A stretch of DNA of 64,000 bases from Eledone cirrhosa (Eukaryota): the NCBI GenBank assembly GCA_964016885.1, contig OZ024741.1, positions 228,718,001 through 228,782,000 of the forward strand. The letters run 5' to 3'. Positions 1 through 11,420 of the stretch are shown here, piece after piece. Below the pieces are notes generated by a model. It saw only the letters and a list, made by a program, of their open reading frames with translations. It searched no databases and was not told the origin of the DNA. The position numbers and the translations under genes are program-made. How positions within the stretch are numbered: position 1 is the first letter of the stretch; each line of letters starts with the position of its first letter.

Positions 1-3
1 TAC

Positions 4-93
<90 letters not shown>

Positions 94-260
94 TTATATC
101 TATATATATATAAATATAAATATATGTATATACATACCTACATACATACCAACCTAAATACATACATACCTACCGATATACATACATACATGCATAAATA
201 TATGCAAACATACCTACCTATATAAATGCATACATACATGCATAAATACATACATTAATA

Positions 261-654
261 CATGGTGGCTGCCAACTCGTTTTCGAGTACGGCCACCACT
301 TTATATCCATGTAGGAGAACCCCTACCGATGCGCTGAACGAGTGTGACTTTTTAGTCCAGCCAGCGACTTGAAAACTCTGGTACAAACACTACGCTTGTG
401 ACAATTATTGACACATAGTGCTGGGCCCATTGTACCATGTAACGACAAGTGCAGAGAGATCTCCAGATATAAAGCAATGCCTGTGCTGTGAAGCTTTTAT
501 AGTGAGCAAAGGCACTGCACAAAGTCAGTCCCACTCTCGTAACCAAGATGATATTTACCAAAAAGAAGAACAAGTCAACATCATTGGATACCATCAGGGT
601 TGCAGGTGTTTTATCAGAATTCTGCCTTGACAAAGTCTAAGGGGTCATCTCTCC
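261..654 (-). mobile_element. Non-coding ~600-bp retroposon (RTE-related, probably non-autonomous), partial copy
   Basis: Near-identical to 14086-14694 and reverse complement of 26465-27052; sense strand ends GAGTTGGCAGCCACC followed by an (ATGT)n-like tail. RTE affinity inferred from the CTAGGAGAAGGAAAACTCTGAT 5'-UTR-like motif seen in the other copies. Confidence 0.65.
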
Positions 655-926
655 TGCATATATACATACATACATACATGCATACATACATACATACATA
701 CATACATACATACATACATACATACATACATACATGCATGCATACATATCTACCTAGTTGATGTATAAATTCCAATGAGAGAGACTTGTGTCTATGATAG
801 AAACCGACTCTCTCTCTATTGGGAAAAAATTTGTGAAATTATAAAACCAGAAAACATACATACATATATACATACATACACACATGCATACATATATACA
901 TACATACATAGATACATACATACATA
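655..926. repeat. (TACA)n microsatellite region with a short embedded insert
   Basis: Direct reading of TACA arrays; non-repetitive insert at about 760-855. Confidence 0.9.
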
Positions 927-1082
927 ATTCATAGTCTAAAAATGGCTGCGATAGCTGGTACCTTCAAAATTTGCAAAACATTCTTGCGATTCAAGGGATG
1001 ACAATTTCTTTCCTCTTACATCGTTGCCACCAGGAAGGTGGCCGGTCAAAAATATACTCGAAATTAAGAGAAAGAGAGAACA
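927..1082 (+). mobile_element. 3' end of a restriction-like-endonuclease (R4-like) non-LTR retrotransposon in a (CATA)n tract
   Basis: 927-1001 translates IHSLKMAAIAGTFKICKTFLRFKG*, resembling the C-terminal LQKxxxxGTxxILRxxL helix of RLE elements (compare the ends of the Dong ORFs at 31439 and 34594); short 3' UTR then (CATA)n. Confidence 0.5.
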
Positions 1083-1362
1083 TAAATGCATACATACATT
1101 CATACATACATAATGGTTAACTGTAAATATTTTTTATTTTTTCTGGGGGGGTGGGGAGAACAGTGTCCATTACCCTTTAATTAAACACACACACACACAC
1201 ACAGGTACATTCATATACACATTTATTACCTTTCACTTTGTAAAAATGTGTGTCCTGGTGTTTTATATATTTGTTTATGTTTATTTCCTTTTTATGTGTG
1301 TGTGTGGGGGGGGGGGGGGGTTAGATACAATGAAATGTCTGTTCTATTGTACTGAATGCATC

Positions 1363-1402
<40 letters not shown>

Positions 1403-1615
1403 CTTATGTGTATCTATAGTTAGAGTAGTGATACATATTGATGCATACATTTATATATAAATATATAATATAATATAATATAATATATATATATATATAT
1501 AGTTATACTTGGGGAGGGTCATATTGTAATAATATTGGCAGAAGTAATAACGAACACACTCAGTTTGGTTGGTTTTCGCTTCTGTATCTCCATAGTTAAT
1601 TTATTGGGCAATCAA

Positions 1616-1652
<37 letters not shown>

Positions 1653-1726
1653 TAAGACAATACCTATATATTTGCTACCATAAGTATGCATCTGCGTGTA
1701 TATATATGTTACTAGATATACTAATT

Positions 1727-1796
<70 letters not shown>

Positions 1797-1800
<4 letters not shown>

Positions 1801-2060
1801 GAAAAAAATGAAACGAAATTTCATTTCCCACTCTTAGTACGGCTGTTACTTAAATATAAGTATGTATACGTACATACATATATGTATACAGACATACAGT
1901 AGTATGCATATATATATACACACATGCACACATATATATGTACGTATGGATTCACCGAACATTTATTATACGTACATATATATATGTATGTATATATATA
2001 TATATATATATATAGATACTACTGTACGTATGTATACATATATGTATGTACGTGTACATA

Positions 2061-2063
<3 letters not shown>
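1797..2063. mobile_element. Short inverted insertion of the 420-nt hammerhead family (no ribozyme in this truncated copy)
   Basis: Left part is the reverse complement and right part the sense copy of the unit at 28359-28944; same termini as 19603-20437 and 28281-28944; (TA)n both sides. Confidence 0.8.
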
Positions 2064-2121
<58 letters not shown>

Positions 2122-2126
<5 letters not shown>

Positions 2127-2237
2127 GGATTAGCGTCCGAAACTTTAAGATCCTCTTCCTGCTATATCAAGCGTTAACCTAATATATCCCTTCCATATAC
2201 TGTACCGATTGTGTTGTTATTTCTGTTTACCTTTTAC
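2122..2237 (+). mobile_element. 5'-truncated copy of the hammerhead-bearing repeat at 23900-24046
   Basis: ATGAAGGATTAGCGTCCGAAACTTTAAGA...TTTACCTTTTAC matches 23930-24045; CTG of the core is lost in (TA)n. Confidence 0.75.
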
Positions 2238-2385
2238 ATATGTACATATATATATTAATGCGAAGAAATACCAATGATAATCAGCAGACTTCTGATGATG
2301 GACAGTCCCGTTTCTCGGTCTATTTTCATTCATATATATATATATATAACATATAAGAATCAAAGAACTGTTCAAAACATTATTG

Positions 2386-2432
2386 TGCTTACAGCTGTTT
2401 CCTCCAAACCGAGGTTTGGATTCTTCGGAGCA
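2386..2432 (-). ncRNA. Minimal type I hammerhead ribozyme motif (core variant CCGAAGA)
   Basis: Minus strand: TGCT-CCGAAGA-A-TCCAAAC/CTCG/GTTTGGA-G-GAAA-CAGCTG-TA-AGCA; stems I and II pair, stem III palindromic, GUA site; U4 mutated to C. Confidence 0.65.
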
Positions 2433-2689
2433 ATTTATTAATGCATGGACAGTTATATGACCTCCTTTTCAGCCGAGAGACATTGAGCTACTTAACTTAC
2501 TGGTAATAAGGTAGTAATACATTACTGCCTACCACTATTTAGGGTGTGTGTAAAATACTTATAACTGCATAAGGTTTTGTATTTACATAACCATAAATAG
2601 TATAACTAATACTATATATATATATATATATGTATCACCACTCTCATTATCTCCGCCACACCTCGGTACGGACGCCTCCACTTCTTCTG

Positions 2690-3000
2690 GTAACCCGTTG
2701 ATAACGACGAAGGGTGTTCCAGTTTAACCGATCAACGGAACAGCCTGCTCATGAAATTAACGTGCAAATGGCTGAGCATTCCACATTCTCTATACGTAGT
2801 TCTCAGGAAGATTCAGCGTGACACAGAATATGACAAGGCTGGCCATTCGAACTACAGGTACAACTCATTTTTGCAAGCCGAGTGAACTGGAGCAACGGGA
2901 AATAACATGTCTTGCTCAAGGACACCACGTGTCGCCTGGAATCGAACTCTTGATCTTTTGATTGTAAGTGGCATATCTTAACCACAAACCACGCACCTTC
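2690..3000 (-). mobile_element. tRNA-derived SINE (CORE-like)
   Basis: Minus strand has tRNA-like head (GGTTAAGA...GAGTTCGATTCC) followed by GTGTCCTTGAGCAAGACA; body shared with 6445-6620 and 8960-9120. Confidence 0.65.
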
Positions 3001-3384
3001 ACTACCATCACTACAACAAACACTTCTACCAGCAGTACTACCGTCACATTCACTACTAATACTGCCACGACCGCATCTACCATCAACACTAACACCCATA
3101 CGAGCTGACACTGGCGTATCTACATAATTGTTCTACTTGCTAGAAATAGTAGCCAAACGTGCCCCAAATCTTTGTTGTTATTGATTTGTTGTTGTTGTTG
3201 TTGTTGTTGTTTTTTGTTGTTATTCTTCTTGTTTTTGTTGTTAATATTCTTGCTTTTTGTTGTTATTGTTGTTGTTTTTTGTTGTTATTGTTGTTGTTGT
3301 TATTGTTATTATTGTTGTTTAGCCTCAGCTCAATCCTGTAGTTTTTTTTTGTATATTTAGGACGTCATTATATACCGTACCCTA

Positions 3385-3600
3385 GGGAGGTGGAGTGGCA
3401 GTATCGGTAGAGAGTCGGACGTCATGCTTTGCAGCATAGAGTTATGGCCCTTTACGTTCTGAGTGCAAATCCTGTTGAGGTTAACTTTGCCTTTCATCCT
3501 TCCGATGTTGATAAAATAAAGCACCAGTAACATACTGGTGTCGATTTAATCGACTTTCCCCTCCCCCCAAATTACTCCTTGTGCCTATACTAGAAATCAT
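3385..3600 (+). mobile_element. tRNA-derived SINE, family 1
   Basis: A-box TGGCAGTATCGGTAG, B-box-like GAGTGCAAATCC, body TTTGCCTTTCATCC...GATAAAATAAAG; six copies in window. Confidence 0.8.
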
Positions 3601-3638
3601 TATATACTGTACCCTCATTCGTTGTTTTTAGTGTAGAG

Positions 3639-3963
3639 CAGAGGTTCTAGAAGTGGGGGCTACCACCCCCTAAAGGCATTGAGAAGGTCCGAGGGGGCGC
3701 TGGAACCTAAGGGGGCTTTGGGGGGGGGGGGGTGATATAGTATTTTAATTATCCAATTATATTATATATAAATATAGTAAAATAAAAAATATATAATATT
3801 TATTTAGACGTAGTATATTTATATTATTCATTATTTATAAATTAACGATTTTATTTATTATATATTATTTACAATTTGCATGTAGGTAGGTCTCTCTGAA
3901 AATAGGGGCGGGAGACGCTGAGGGTATTATGTGGCCATGGCCCAAAACGTTTGAGAACCTCTG
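3639..3963. mobile_element. hAT/Charlie-like MITE
   Basis: Terminal inverted repeats CAGAGGTTCT...AGAACCTCTG; flanks GTGTAGAG / ATTTAGAG form a degenerate 8-bp TSD resembling NTCTAGAN. Confidence 0.7.
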
Positions 3964-4059
3964 ATTTAGAGGGTGATTTGAGGCATATTTGTGTGTTATT
4001 TCTAGCAGATCCGAAGTCACTAAGGACGTAAATCAGGAAATTACCGGGGCAGACACAAA

Positions 4060-4420
4060 ATGCCGCACATAGAATACTGACATGTCATATATGATCTATA
4101 TTACCTGAGTACTGTAACAGCATCTATTTTCCATACAATCTAAAGGTCCCCACTACTGTAACATCTCTGACTTGTACGCACATCTATGTTCCATTGAGTA
4201 TAGAAGTGCCACCGATACAGTGCCTACATCTTTGATCTATATTACATAGAAGTGCTGCTTATATAGTGCATATACTGTGATTCATACAACATAGAAATGC
4301 GTCTGTAAAAAACCCACATCTTTAGTTTATGCAACATAGAATTGTCACTTGTACAAGACCGATAGTTTTGGTCCATATGACATAGAATTACCACCTATAT
4401 ATATCCACATCTATGGTCAC
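4060..4420. repeat. Degenerate ~45-bp minisatellite
   Basis: (C/T)ATAGAA recurs at about 4067, 4199, 4245, 4290, 4335, 4381 with related intervening sequence. Confidence 0.65.
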
Positions 4421-4804
4421 TTGATGGGGGATTGTATTATTATTGTTGGCAGATTGAGTGGTTAAATATAGGATCCTTCATTGGTGTAGTTGTTATCAAT
4501 GTGTTATCGTTGCTGATAAGTCGCAGGTCAACGTTGATTAAGAAGACCTATAATTAAAGACGTCCCAACCATGATCATTACTTTTTGTTTTGTTTTGATT
4601 TTGTTTTTTTTATTTTGTATACCTAAGACGACATAGAAATAATGTGTCCTCCAGTTCAAGACGATGAGATGCTATTTGAAGGCTATTTCACTATTTCTAG
4701 TGATTTTATGCCCTGTTTGTACACCACGATGCCGATAGACTTCAGTTCTCAATGACGAACATTTAACTTCAGTTCTAATCAAGCAAAACGAAATGAAATT
4801 CCAG

Positions 4805-4997
4805 TACAGGTTGGTTTCTTTAGCACGCCGCCGAGAACAATGTCATCGAAAAAGCCTTGAACGGATAGTTTAACATAACAACTAGAGCGTGCCGGCCTCG
4901 ACCGTGTTGATGTTAAGCGCCCAGATGAGATAATCATTTTCTCGATCGAGGTAGGAGGGCATATCTCTAATCTAGGACGCTACATGCTGCGACAAGT
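4805..4997 (+). pseudogene. Decayed CRE-clade-like non-LTR retrotransposon endonuclease fragment
   Basis: Piecewise translation HAAENNVIEKALN...LERAGLDRVDVKRPDEIIIF...DATCCD matches the RH-N-I-RAL / LE-GL-R-DG-RPDG / WDATC pattern of CRE-type RLE domains; frameshifted. Confidence 0.55.
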
Positions 4998-5082
4998 CTT
5001 ATATTCCACGGGGCTCAGCTGAGATATACCACCTTGATTGGGTGCAGTTTCCTCCCCACTTCTACTTACTTTCATTATTGAA

Positions 5083-5268
5083 TGGCACTATCGGTAGAGG
5101 GTCGGACGCCATGCATTGACGCATATTTACGGCCCTTGCCATTCTGAGTTCAAATCCCGCCGAGGTTAACTTTGCCTTTCATCCTTACGGGGTCGATAAA
5201 ATAGAGTACCAGTAATGCACTGCACTGGGTAATTGCTGGCCTTGTGCCAAAAGTAGAAACAATTATTG
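5083..5268 (+). mobile_element. tRNA-derived SINE, family 1
   Basis: Same A/B boxes (GAGTTCAAATCCC) and body as 12683-12863; ends AGAAACAATTATT. Confidence 0.85.
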
Positions 5269-5271
5269 AAT

Positions 5272-6420
5272 TCTTCTTCTCTTCTTCTTCTTCGCCCACT
5301 TATTCTTTAGTGGGTCCTATCAAAAGCAACCGTCTTCAAATGATCCGGCTGGATCTCCAAGCGAGACCAGCTGAGTTCATGGTTCTTATCCAACCATCCT
5401 GCTCGGGCTCTACGCCTGGGTCTCCTGTCGGTGGGTTTTACCCGTAACATCTGTCCGGCGATTCTTTCCTGAGACATTCTAGCCACATGCCTATAGTATC
5501 GGAACTGTGATCTCTCAATTCAGGGAAGTAACGGCCCTACCTGGAGTGGCTCTCTGATCTCTGAGCTATGCACTTTATCAAGTTATTCCAAGCAACCTTC
5601 GGAGGAACCCTATTTCGGCCGATTGCATTTGCGATCGTATACTTCCGTTCAGTACCCACAATTCAAAACCATAGGTAAGGGTTGACATGAATACCTAATT
5701 GAAGTTAATGAGTTTCGTTTCTGATTACTGAATGCTGGAGCTGGCACACTACTGCACCAGCTCCAGCAATTCTTGCACTTAATTCGGACCCTAGACACTT
5801 GAACTTCTCTTCCTGCTTCAGTGGAACTCCATTCACATGTAGAGTGCACTACGCAGGCTCCATTGAGAGAACGAGTGTCTCAGTCATGGCAATACTGATT
5901 TTCATTCCAGCTAAATTCCATTCAAACCAATCAAGTGCATGTAGGATATTACTTTCTAACGAGTTAACTAATAGCGTGTCATCTGCAACTTCCCGCTGAC
6001 TGATTCTACACCCGCCAGAGAGGTGTCAATACGTACCGTTTGACGATACCGACTTTCACATTGAATGGTTTCGATTTAACACCATTTATCCGACCCCAAA
6101 TTCTCGGGCATTCGGTTAGAGACATCAGGGCAACAAGAAGCTATCCAGGGTTAAGCAAGGCGATCCATCTATAATTGGAGCAATCTCTCTTGTCTCCCAT
6201 TTTGAATATTGGGATTATCACTGCCGATTGCCAATGCTTAGGCGCCTTTCCAGAGATCGAGGCCACCCACACCCAGCACACGCGACTCAGCCAGAGAATA
6301 CCTCTATTAAAGGTTTTAACATCTCGGAGTGAATATCAGCCACCCCAGTGGCCTTGTTACATTTGAGCATTTTAATTGCTCGTGTTATCTCAGCCCCAGA
6401 TAGATTAGTCATTGTTCCCA
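5272..6420 (-). pseudogene. Decayed RTE-clade LINE (Rex3/Expander-like) 3' part
   Basis: Minus strand encodes VFMSTLTYGFELWVLNGSIRSQMQSAEIGFLRR (about 5600-5695) and an ADD RT motif near 5980; ends in a (GAA)n tail at 5272-5292. Confidence 0.7.
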
Positions 6421-6444
6421 GATGCATTTCATGTACATTAGTAG

Positions 6445-6620
6445 ATGCTGTTCAAGGGAAAGGCAATGACCGATACAGCTTGGCACCAGTGACACCGCAA
6501 CTCATTTCTACAGCTGAGTAAACTGGAGCAATGCATGCGAAATAAAGTGCCCTGCACAAGGACACAACGCATCACCGGGTCCGAGAATCGAACTCACAAC
6601 CTAACAGCTAAGCCATGCGT

Positions 6621-6621
<1 letters not shown>
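6445..6621 (-). mobile_element. tRNA-derived SINE (CORE-like), related to 2690-3000
   Basis: Shares CAACTCATTT...GAGT(A/G)AACTGGAGCAA...CAAGGACAC...GAATCGAACTC. Confidence 0.6.
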
Positions 6622-6715
<94 letters not shown>

Positions 6716-6894
6716 GGAACAAGTAAGACCACGACGGCTGAGCTCAAGCCGTTTCGACGGCTAATTATGGACGTCGAAACGGCTTGAGCTCAGCCGTCGG
6801 GGTCTTACTTGTTCCAATTACACACTCTACTACCCTAAGTATTGAGTACTTTGGTGCGTTATGGTCCACCTGGTTCCTTACCACATTTCCTCCG

Positions 6895-6895
<1 letters not shown>
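6716..6895 (+). mobile_element. Short repeat starting with a 100-bp fold-back palindrome containing a hammerhead 3' half
   Basis: 6716-6815 is self-complementary; contains GTCGAAACGGCT...AGCCGTC; 6816-6895 is the reverse complement of 11229-11310. Confidence 0.7.
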
Positions 6896-6964
<69 letters not shown>

Positions 6965-6965
<1 letters not shown>

Positions 6966-7128
6966 TGATGCCTGACCCCTCGTTATGGAGTATGGCTATT
7001 GCACGATATACCGTTATTAATAATAATTAATTAATTCTATCATGCAATGCCTGTGCGTGAAGATATTTTTTAAAGTGACGAAAGACTGTGCACTGAGCCA
7101 ATCCCCCTCTCTGAGCGACAGTATCTAT
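6965..7128 (-). mobile_element. 3' part of RTE-related non-coding retroposon, subfamily 2
   Basis: Reverse complement of about 27550-27708. Confidence 0.6.
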
Positions 7129-7395
7129 AACATACATACATACGTACATACATATATACATACACAAATATGCGTGTCACTTGCACTTTTCTTTCTCTCT
7201 TTCCTCCTCTCTCTCTCCCTCTCTTGATCCCTCCCTATCTCCCTTATGTACGTGTGTGTGTGTGTATGTGTGTGTGCGTGTACATAGTGTATTATATGAT
7301 TTCATTCATGTGTAGGTGAGTATGTGCGTGTGTCGTCAGTGTGTGCATAGTTTGAGTTTATGTATGAATTTCTGTATGTGTGTGTGTAACATGGG

Positions 7396-7482
<87 letters not shown>

Positions 7483-7639
7483 GTGTGTGTCAGTCTGTGT
7501 GTGTCAGTCTGTGTGTTTTATATGTATATATGTGCTATCACATCCAACACCTCTGGCACTCAGATATTTACAAGACAACCAAGAAAACCAAAAGCTTTCA
7601 AACTATCTTCGGAAATACGAAACCATTGCGCTAAATCAC

Positions 7640-7770
7640 CGACATCGTCATCACCATCATCACCACCATCATCATCACCATCATCATCATCATCATCATC
7701 ATCATCACCGCCTTCCTTTTCCTCCCCCTCCTTCTCATCGTCATCATTATCATCACCTTCATCATTGTTC

Positions 7771-7833
<63 letters not shown>

Positions 7834-8218
7834 CCACAATCACCACCATCATCATTATCCCCACCACTAACACCACTATCAACAACAACACAGGCATCGT
7901 CATCACCACCACCACCACCACCACCACTATCACCGTTACCACCATAAGCACTACCACCACTACTTCTATTGCTATCACTACTACAACTACCAACAAACTA
8001 TCGCCATCACCACCACAACCTAAAACCACCAGCACCACTCATACCATCACTACCACTAAAAATACTCAGCTCGCCGACGGCTAGTAACTCGGTACCTAAA
8101 GTGTATGTCACGTGTCTACAGACATAATGCCACCATTTTGGAAGATACACCCTGGTGAATGGCAGAGGGTGGATGCTAGGGAAAGCTGCGTGGAGAATCA
8201 GACTACTACCACTATTAT

Positions 8219-8272
<54 letters not shown>

Positions 8273-8309
8273 CACCACCACCACCACCACCACCACCACC
8301 ACCACCACC

Positions 8310-8374
<65 letters not shown>

Positions 8375-8495
8375 TACTACTTCTGCTGCTGCTACTACAA
8401 CTATTACTGCTACTGCTATTATTGTATTTGCTAATACTAAATCGACTATCAATTCTAATAGCAAGACTACTACTACTACTACTACTACTACTATT
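7640..8495. repeat. Compound trinucleotide microsatellites (CAT)n, (CAC)n, (TAC)n
   Basis: Direct reading; explains poly-S/H/T/P/L ORFs. Confidence 0.95.
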
Positions 8496-8959
8496 AATAT
8501 TGCTACTTTTCCCAACTATATTGCTGAAGACTATTGAAGACAAACTGGTATTCCACAAGGCTCCAGTTTCTCGATCACTCTCTTTCTATATTTAGTTATA
8601 GAGCATCACCACTTCTCCAAAAACATATACATAATTACATATGCAGCCATCACATTTGACACCAAGCATCTCGCTTGTAAATTGCTGACACAGTTGTACA
8701 ACTACAACTATTACAATTCTAAATAGAAACCAAGCTCCACTCTGATATACTGTGAGTTACATCTCCAGATTCCACTTCCACCCTTCTTACCTGCAACAAC
8801 AAAGAAGATCAAACAGAATCACCAATTATCATATTGAACCTCATGTCACGGGAGGATGGCGGAGCTTCCACGTAATCGCTTCACCTGCTAGATATAGTAG
8901 CCAATTAAAAAGGAGAGACACATTAAATAATGCTGTCCTGGATACGAGGAATGGACCTC

Positions 8960-9290
8960 TGTCGGTTGCGATGTTCCAGTTGATCGATGAATGGAACAGC
9001 CTGCCCGTGAAATTATTGTGCAAGAGGCAGAGCCTTCTACAGACACGTGTACTCTTCACGTGATTTTCGAGAAGATTCAACCTGACACAGTGTGACATGG
9101 CTGCCTCTTTGAATTACAGGCTATCAATTCGTTGAGTTTCCAAACAGTTACCGTCTACCCTGTTTCACTCACAAAGCATAGGACGATATGAGGCTATAGT
9201 AAAGGACATTTGCCCAAAATGCAACCCAGTAAGAGCGAAACTGAGACCTAATGATTGTAAAGCTAACTTCTTAATTATTCAGCCATGCTT
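8960..9290 (-). mobile_element. Decayed SINE fragments
   Basis: 8970-9120 matches 2715-2858; 9140-9290 has a tRNA-like head on the minus strand. Confidence 0.5.
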
Positions 9291-9632
9291 CATTTTCAAC
9301 TCTTGGATATATGTAGAATACGAGAGTTTGAGGGCTATTAAGAAGTTAGCTTTCTGGCTTAATCGAACACATTATGGGCCTTTGTTACAAATACTGAGAT
9401 AATATCTCCGATCTAAATATAACCCACGAGTAGTGGTTCCTTCACCCGGGTCAATCAAATGAGTTACCCTACCCTCTATGGTTAAACCTTAAAGGAGCAA
9501 ATGTTTATTTTATCTGCATATCACGTCATATACCAATACTATATGATCTTTGTTGTTGTATAGTTCCAGATCAATGCTTCCTCCATGACCAGCCAGTCTG
9601 TTTCCCCAGACACCTAGCTCTGGAGACCATAT

Positions 9633-9672
<40 letters not shown>

Positions 9673-9675
9673 TTA

Positions 9676-9885
9676 GGGTGCTGAATGTTAGAGCGTCGGA
9701 CAAAATGCTTTGCAGCATTTAGTTAAGTCTCTTTACATTTATGGCACTTTATGCTGTGTGTTCAAATCCCGCCGCGGTTAACTTTGCCTTTCATTCTTAC
9801 TGAGTCAATAAAATAAAGTACCAGTAATGCACTGCGGTCAATTTAATCGACTTTCCCCTCCCCCTGGCCTAAATCAGAAACCATT
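9676..9885 (+). mobile_element. tRNA-derived SINE, family 1 (older copy)
   Basis: GTTCAAATCCCGCC...TTTGCCTTTCAT...AAAATAAAGTACCAGTAATGCACTG. Confidence 0.75.
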
Positions 9886-10754
9886 ATTTTCAGTCTCTTT
9901 TTTCGTGATTTCTAGAAAATTTAGCAACCGAGTAAATTCCTTTTATACCAGTAATCTCTTGGAGTCAATTACTTCAATCAAGCCTACTCGCTGTCTTGCA
10001 CAGTCGAATTCTATTGGATGAGAAGAAAGCTCTTTGTGAATCCCCTTTTCAATTCTTATTTAATTCTATTCTGATTTCACTTCACTAAAAAAGGGATGAA
10101 CACCTCAACATCATATTTTTCATCTTATAAATAGAGAACATTTTCTGTCTGGTATAAGCTAAGCCACTTACAGATTTGAGGGTTTAAAATAATTAATTGG
10201 CATACGTTTTCAATTTTTGTGAATAAGTCTTATGTAATTTTTTAACAAGTGATCTACCAGTTTTATACAGCGAAAGCCCTCACAAAGTGTCAATCTAGCA
10301 TCGCTGTCTGGTCAAAAGTGTTCCAAAGAAGCGATTGTTTTATTATTAAACTTACGTTGTCACCAAATACTTGGTATTTGCATCCACTAGTACCTTTGTC
10401 AATATATTGAAAGTAAATTTCCTCAAAGCTTCACTCTGAGAAACAGTTAAACATCACAACATCATATAATCCTTCTTGTAAGAATAAACCTCTTCCTGTG
10501 TGGTCAAAGGCATTTATTGTTTACTTCCTAAAAGCCATTATCAATAATTCTGCGCTGTCACTGAATACTTTGGTTTGAGATCCACTTCTATCATATTACA
10601 AGCAATACATCATACGTTATTTCTTCGAAAATCTGCTTTACAGAAATGGCTAAAGGCCACAACCCCACATTTCTTATCTCTTAAGAATAAACGTACTTTC
10701 TGTCTGGTCAAAGATTTCTATAAGCGATTATTATTTTACTTTGACAAAAAAAAA

Positions 10755-10860
10755 CTGTATCGTCCTGTGCCATCTGTATTGTCGACTTAATGTAAACTCC
10801 GTGTGGCTAATAAAGACCATTATTAATAATAATAATAATTATTATTATTTTTATTATTAT
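10755..10860 (+). mobile_element. Extreme 3' end of the Tx1-clade family with (ATT)n tail
   Basis: ACTTAATGTAAACTCCGTGTGGCTAATAAAGACC(ATT)n matches the reverse complements of 34776-34830 and 41320-41400. Confidence 0.6.
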
Positions 10861-11187
10861 TAAACCAGCGTTGCAATCGAATACTTTATGTTGGGATTTA
10901 TTTCTACCATATTACTGACAGTATAGGTTTAATTCTTTCTAAGCCTTCCTTTTGGCTATTTTACTGACCACATCCGCATCACATTTCAGTCAACGGAACA
11001 GGAATGGACAAAAAAGAAGTGAAAAGTGAAACGGTTTATTTATTTTCTTCGGCTTCGTATCTTTTTATTTTGCTTTCTTATTTGTTGTTGTTTTTGTTGG
11101 TGAGCTTGTCCTGGAGCGGCATTGCATATATATTGCAGGTGAGAGGTGCCAACTGTTTAAACTGGCTATTGTTTAACTACTATGTTT

Positions 11188-11228
<41 letters not shown>

Positions 11229-11230
<2 letters not shown>

Positions 11231-11403
11231 CAAAGAGGGTGTGGTTGGATACCAGGTGGACCATAACGCACCAGAGTACTCAATACTTAGGGTAGTAGAA
11301 TGGGTAATAGGAAAAGAGTCAGGACACCGACGGCTGAGCTCCGGCCGTTTCGACAGTTAGATCCGGTTCGGATACTAACGTCGGCGTCCTGACTTTTTTC
11401 CTA
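11229..11403 (-). mobile_element. Second copy of the 6716-6895 family; three-way junction lacking the CUGANGA core
   Basis: Minus strand: GTCAGGACGCC-GACGTTAG...CTAACTGTC-GAAACGGCC...AGCCGTC-GGTGTCCTGAC. Confidence 0.65.
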
Positions 11404-11420
11404 TATATACTATATATATA

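Noticed and set aside
2292-2320. CTGATGATGGACAGTCC (and related CTGATGAAGGAC at about 13883) as hammerheads
   Set aside because: No downstream GAAA/stem III in either copy; at most truncated remnants, not counted.
3385-3480. A/B-box sequences as tRNA genes
   Set aside because: No full cloverleaf; always attached to the same SINE body and tail.
4060-4420. Regularly spaced CATAGAA motifs as a CRISPR-like array
   Set aside because: Whole ~45-bp units are mutually similar (no unique spacers), context is eukaryotic and no cas genes are present.
7435-8595. Poly-Ser/His/Thr/Pro/Gly ORFs
   Set aside because: Open in several frames and both strands because they are trinucleotide repeats.
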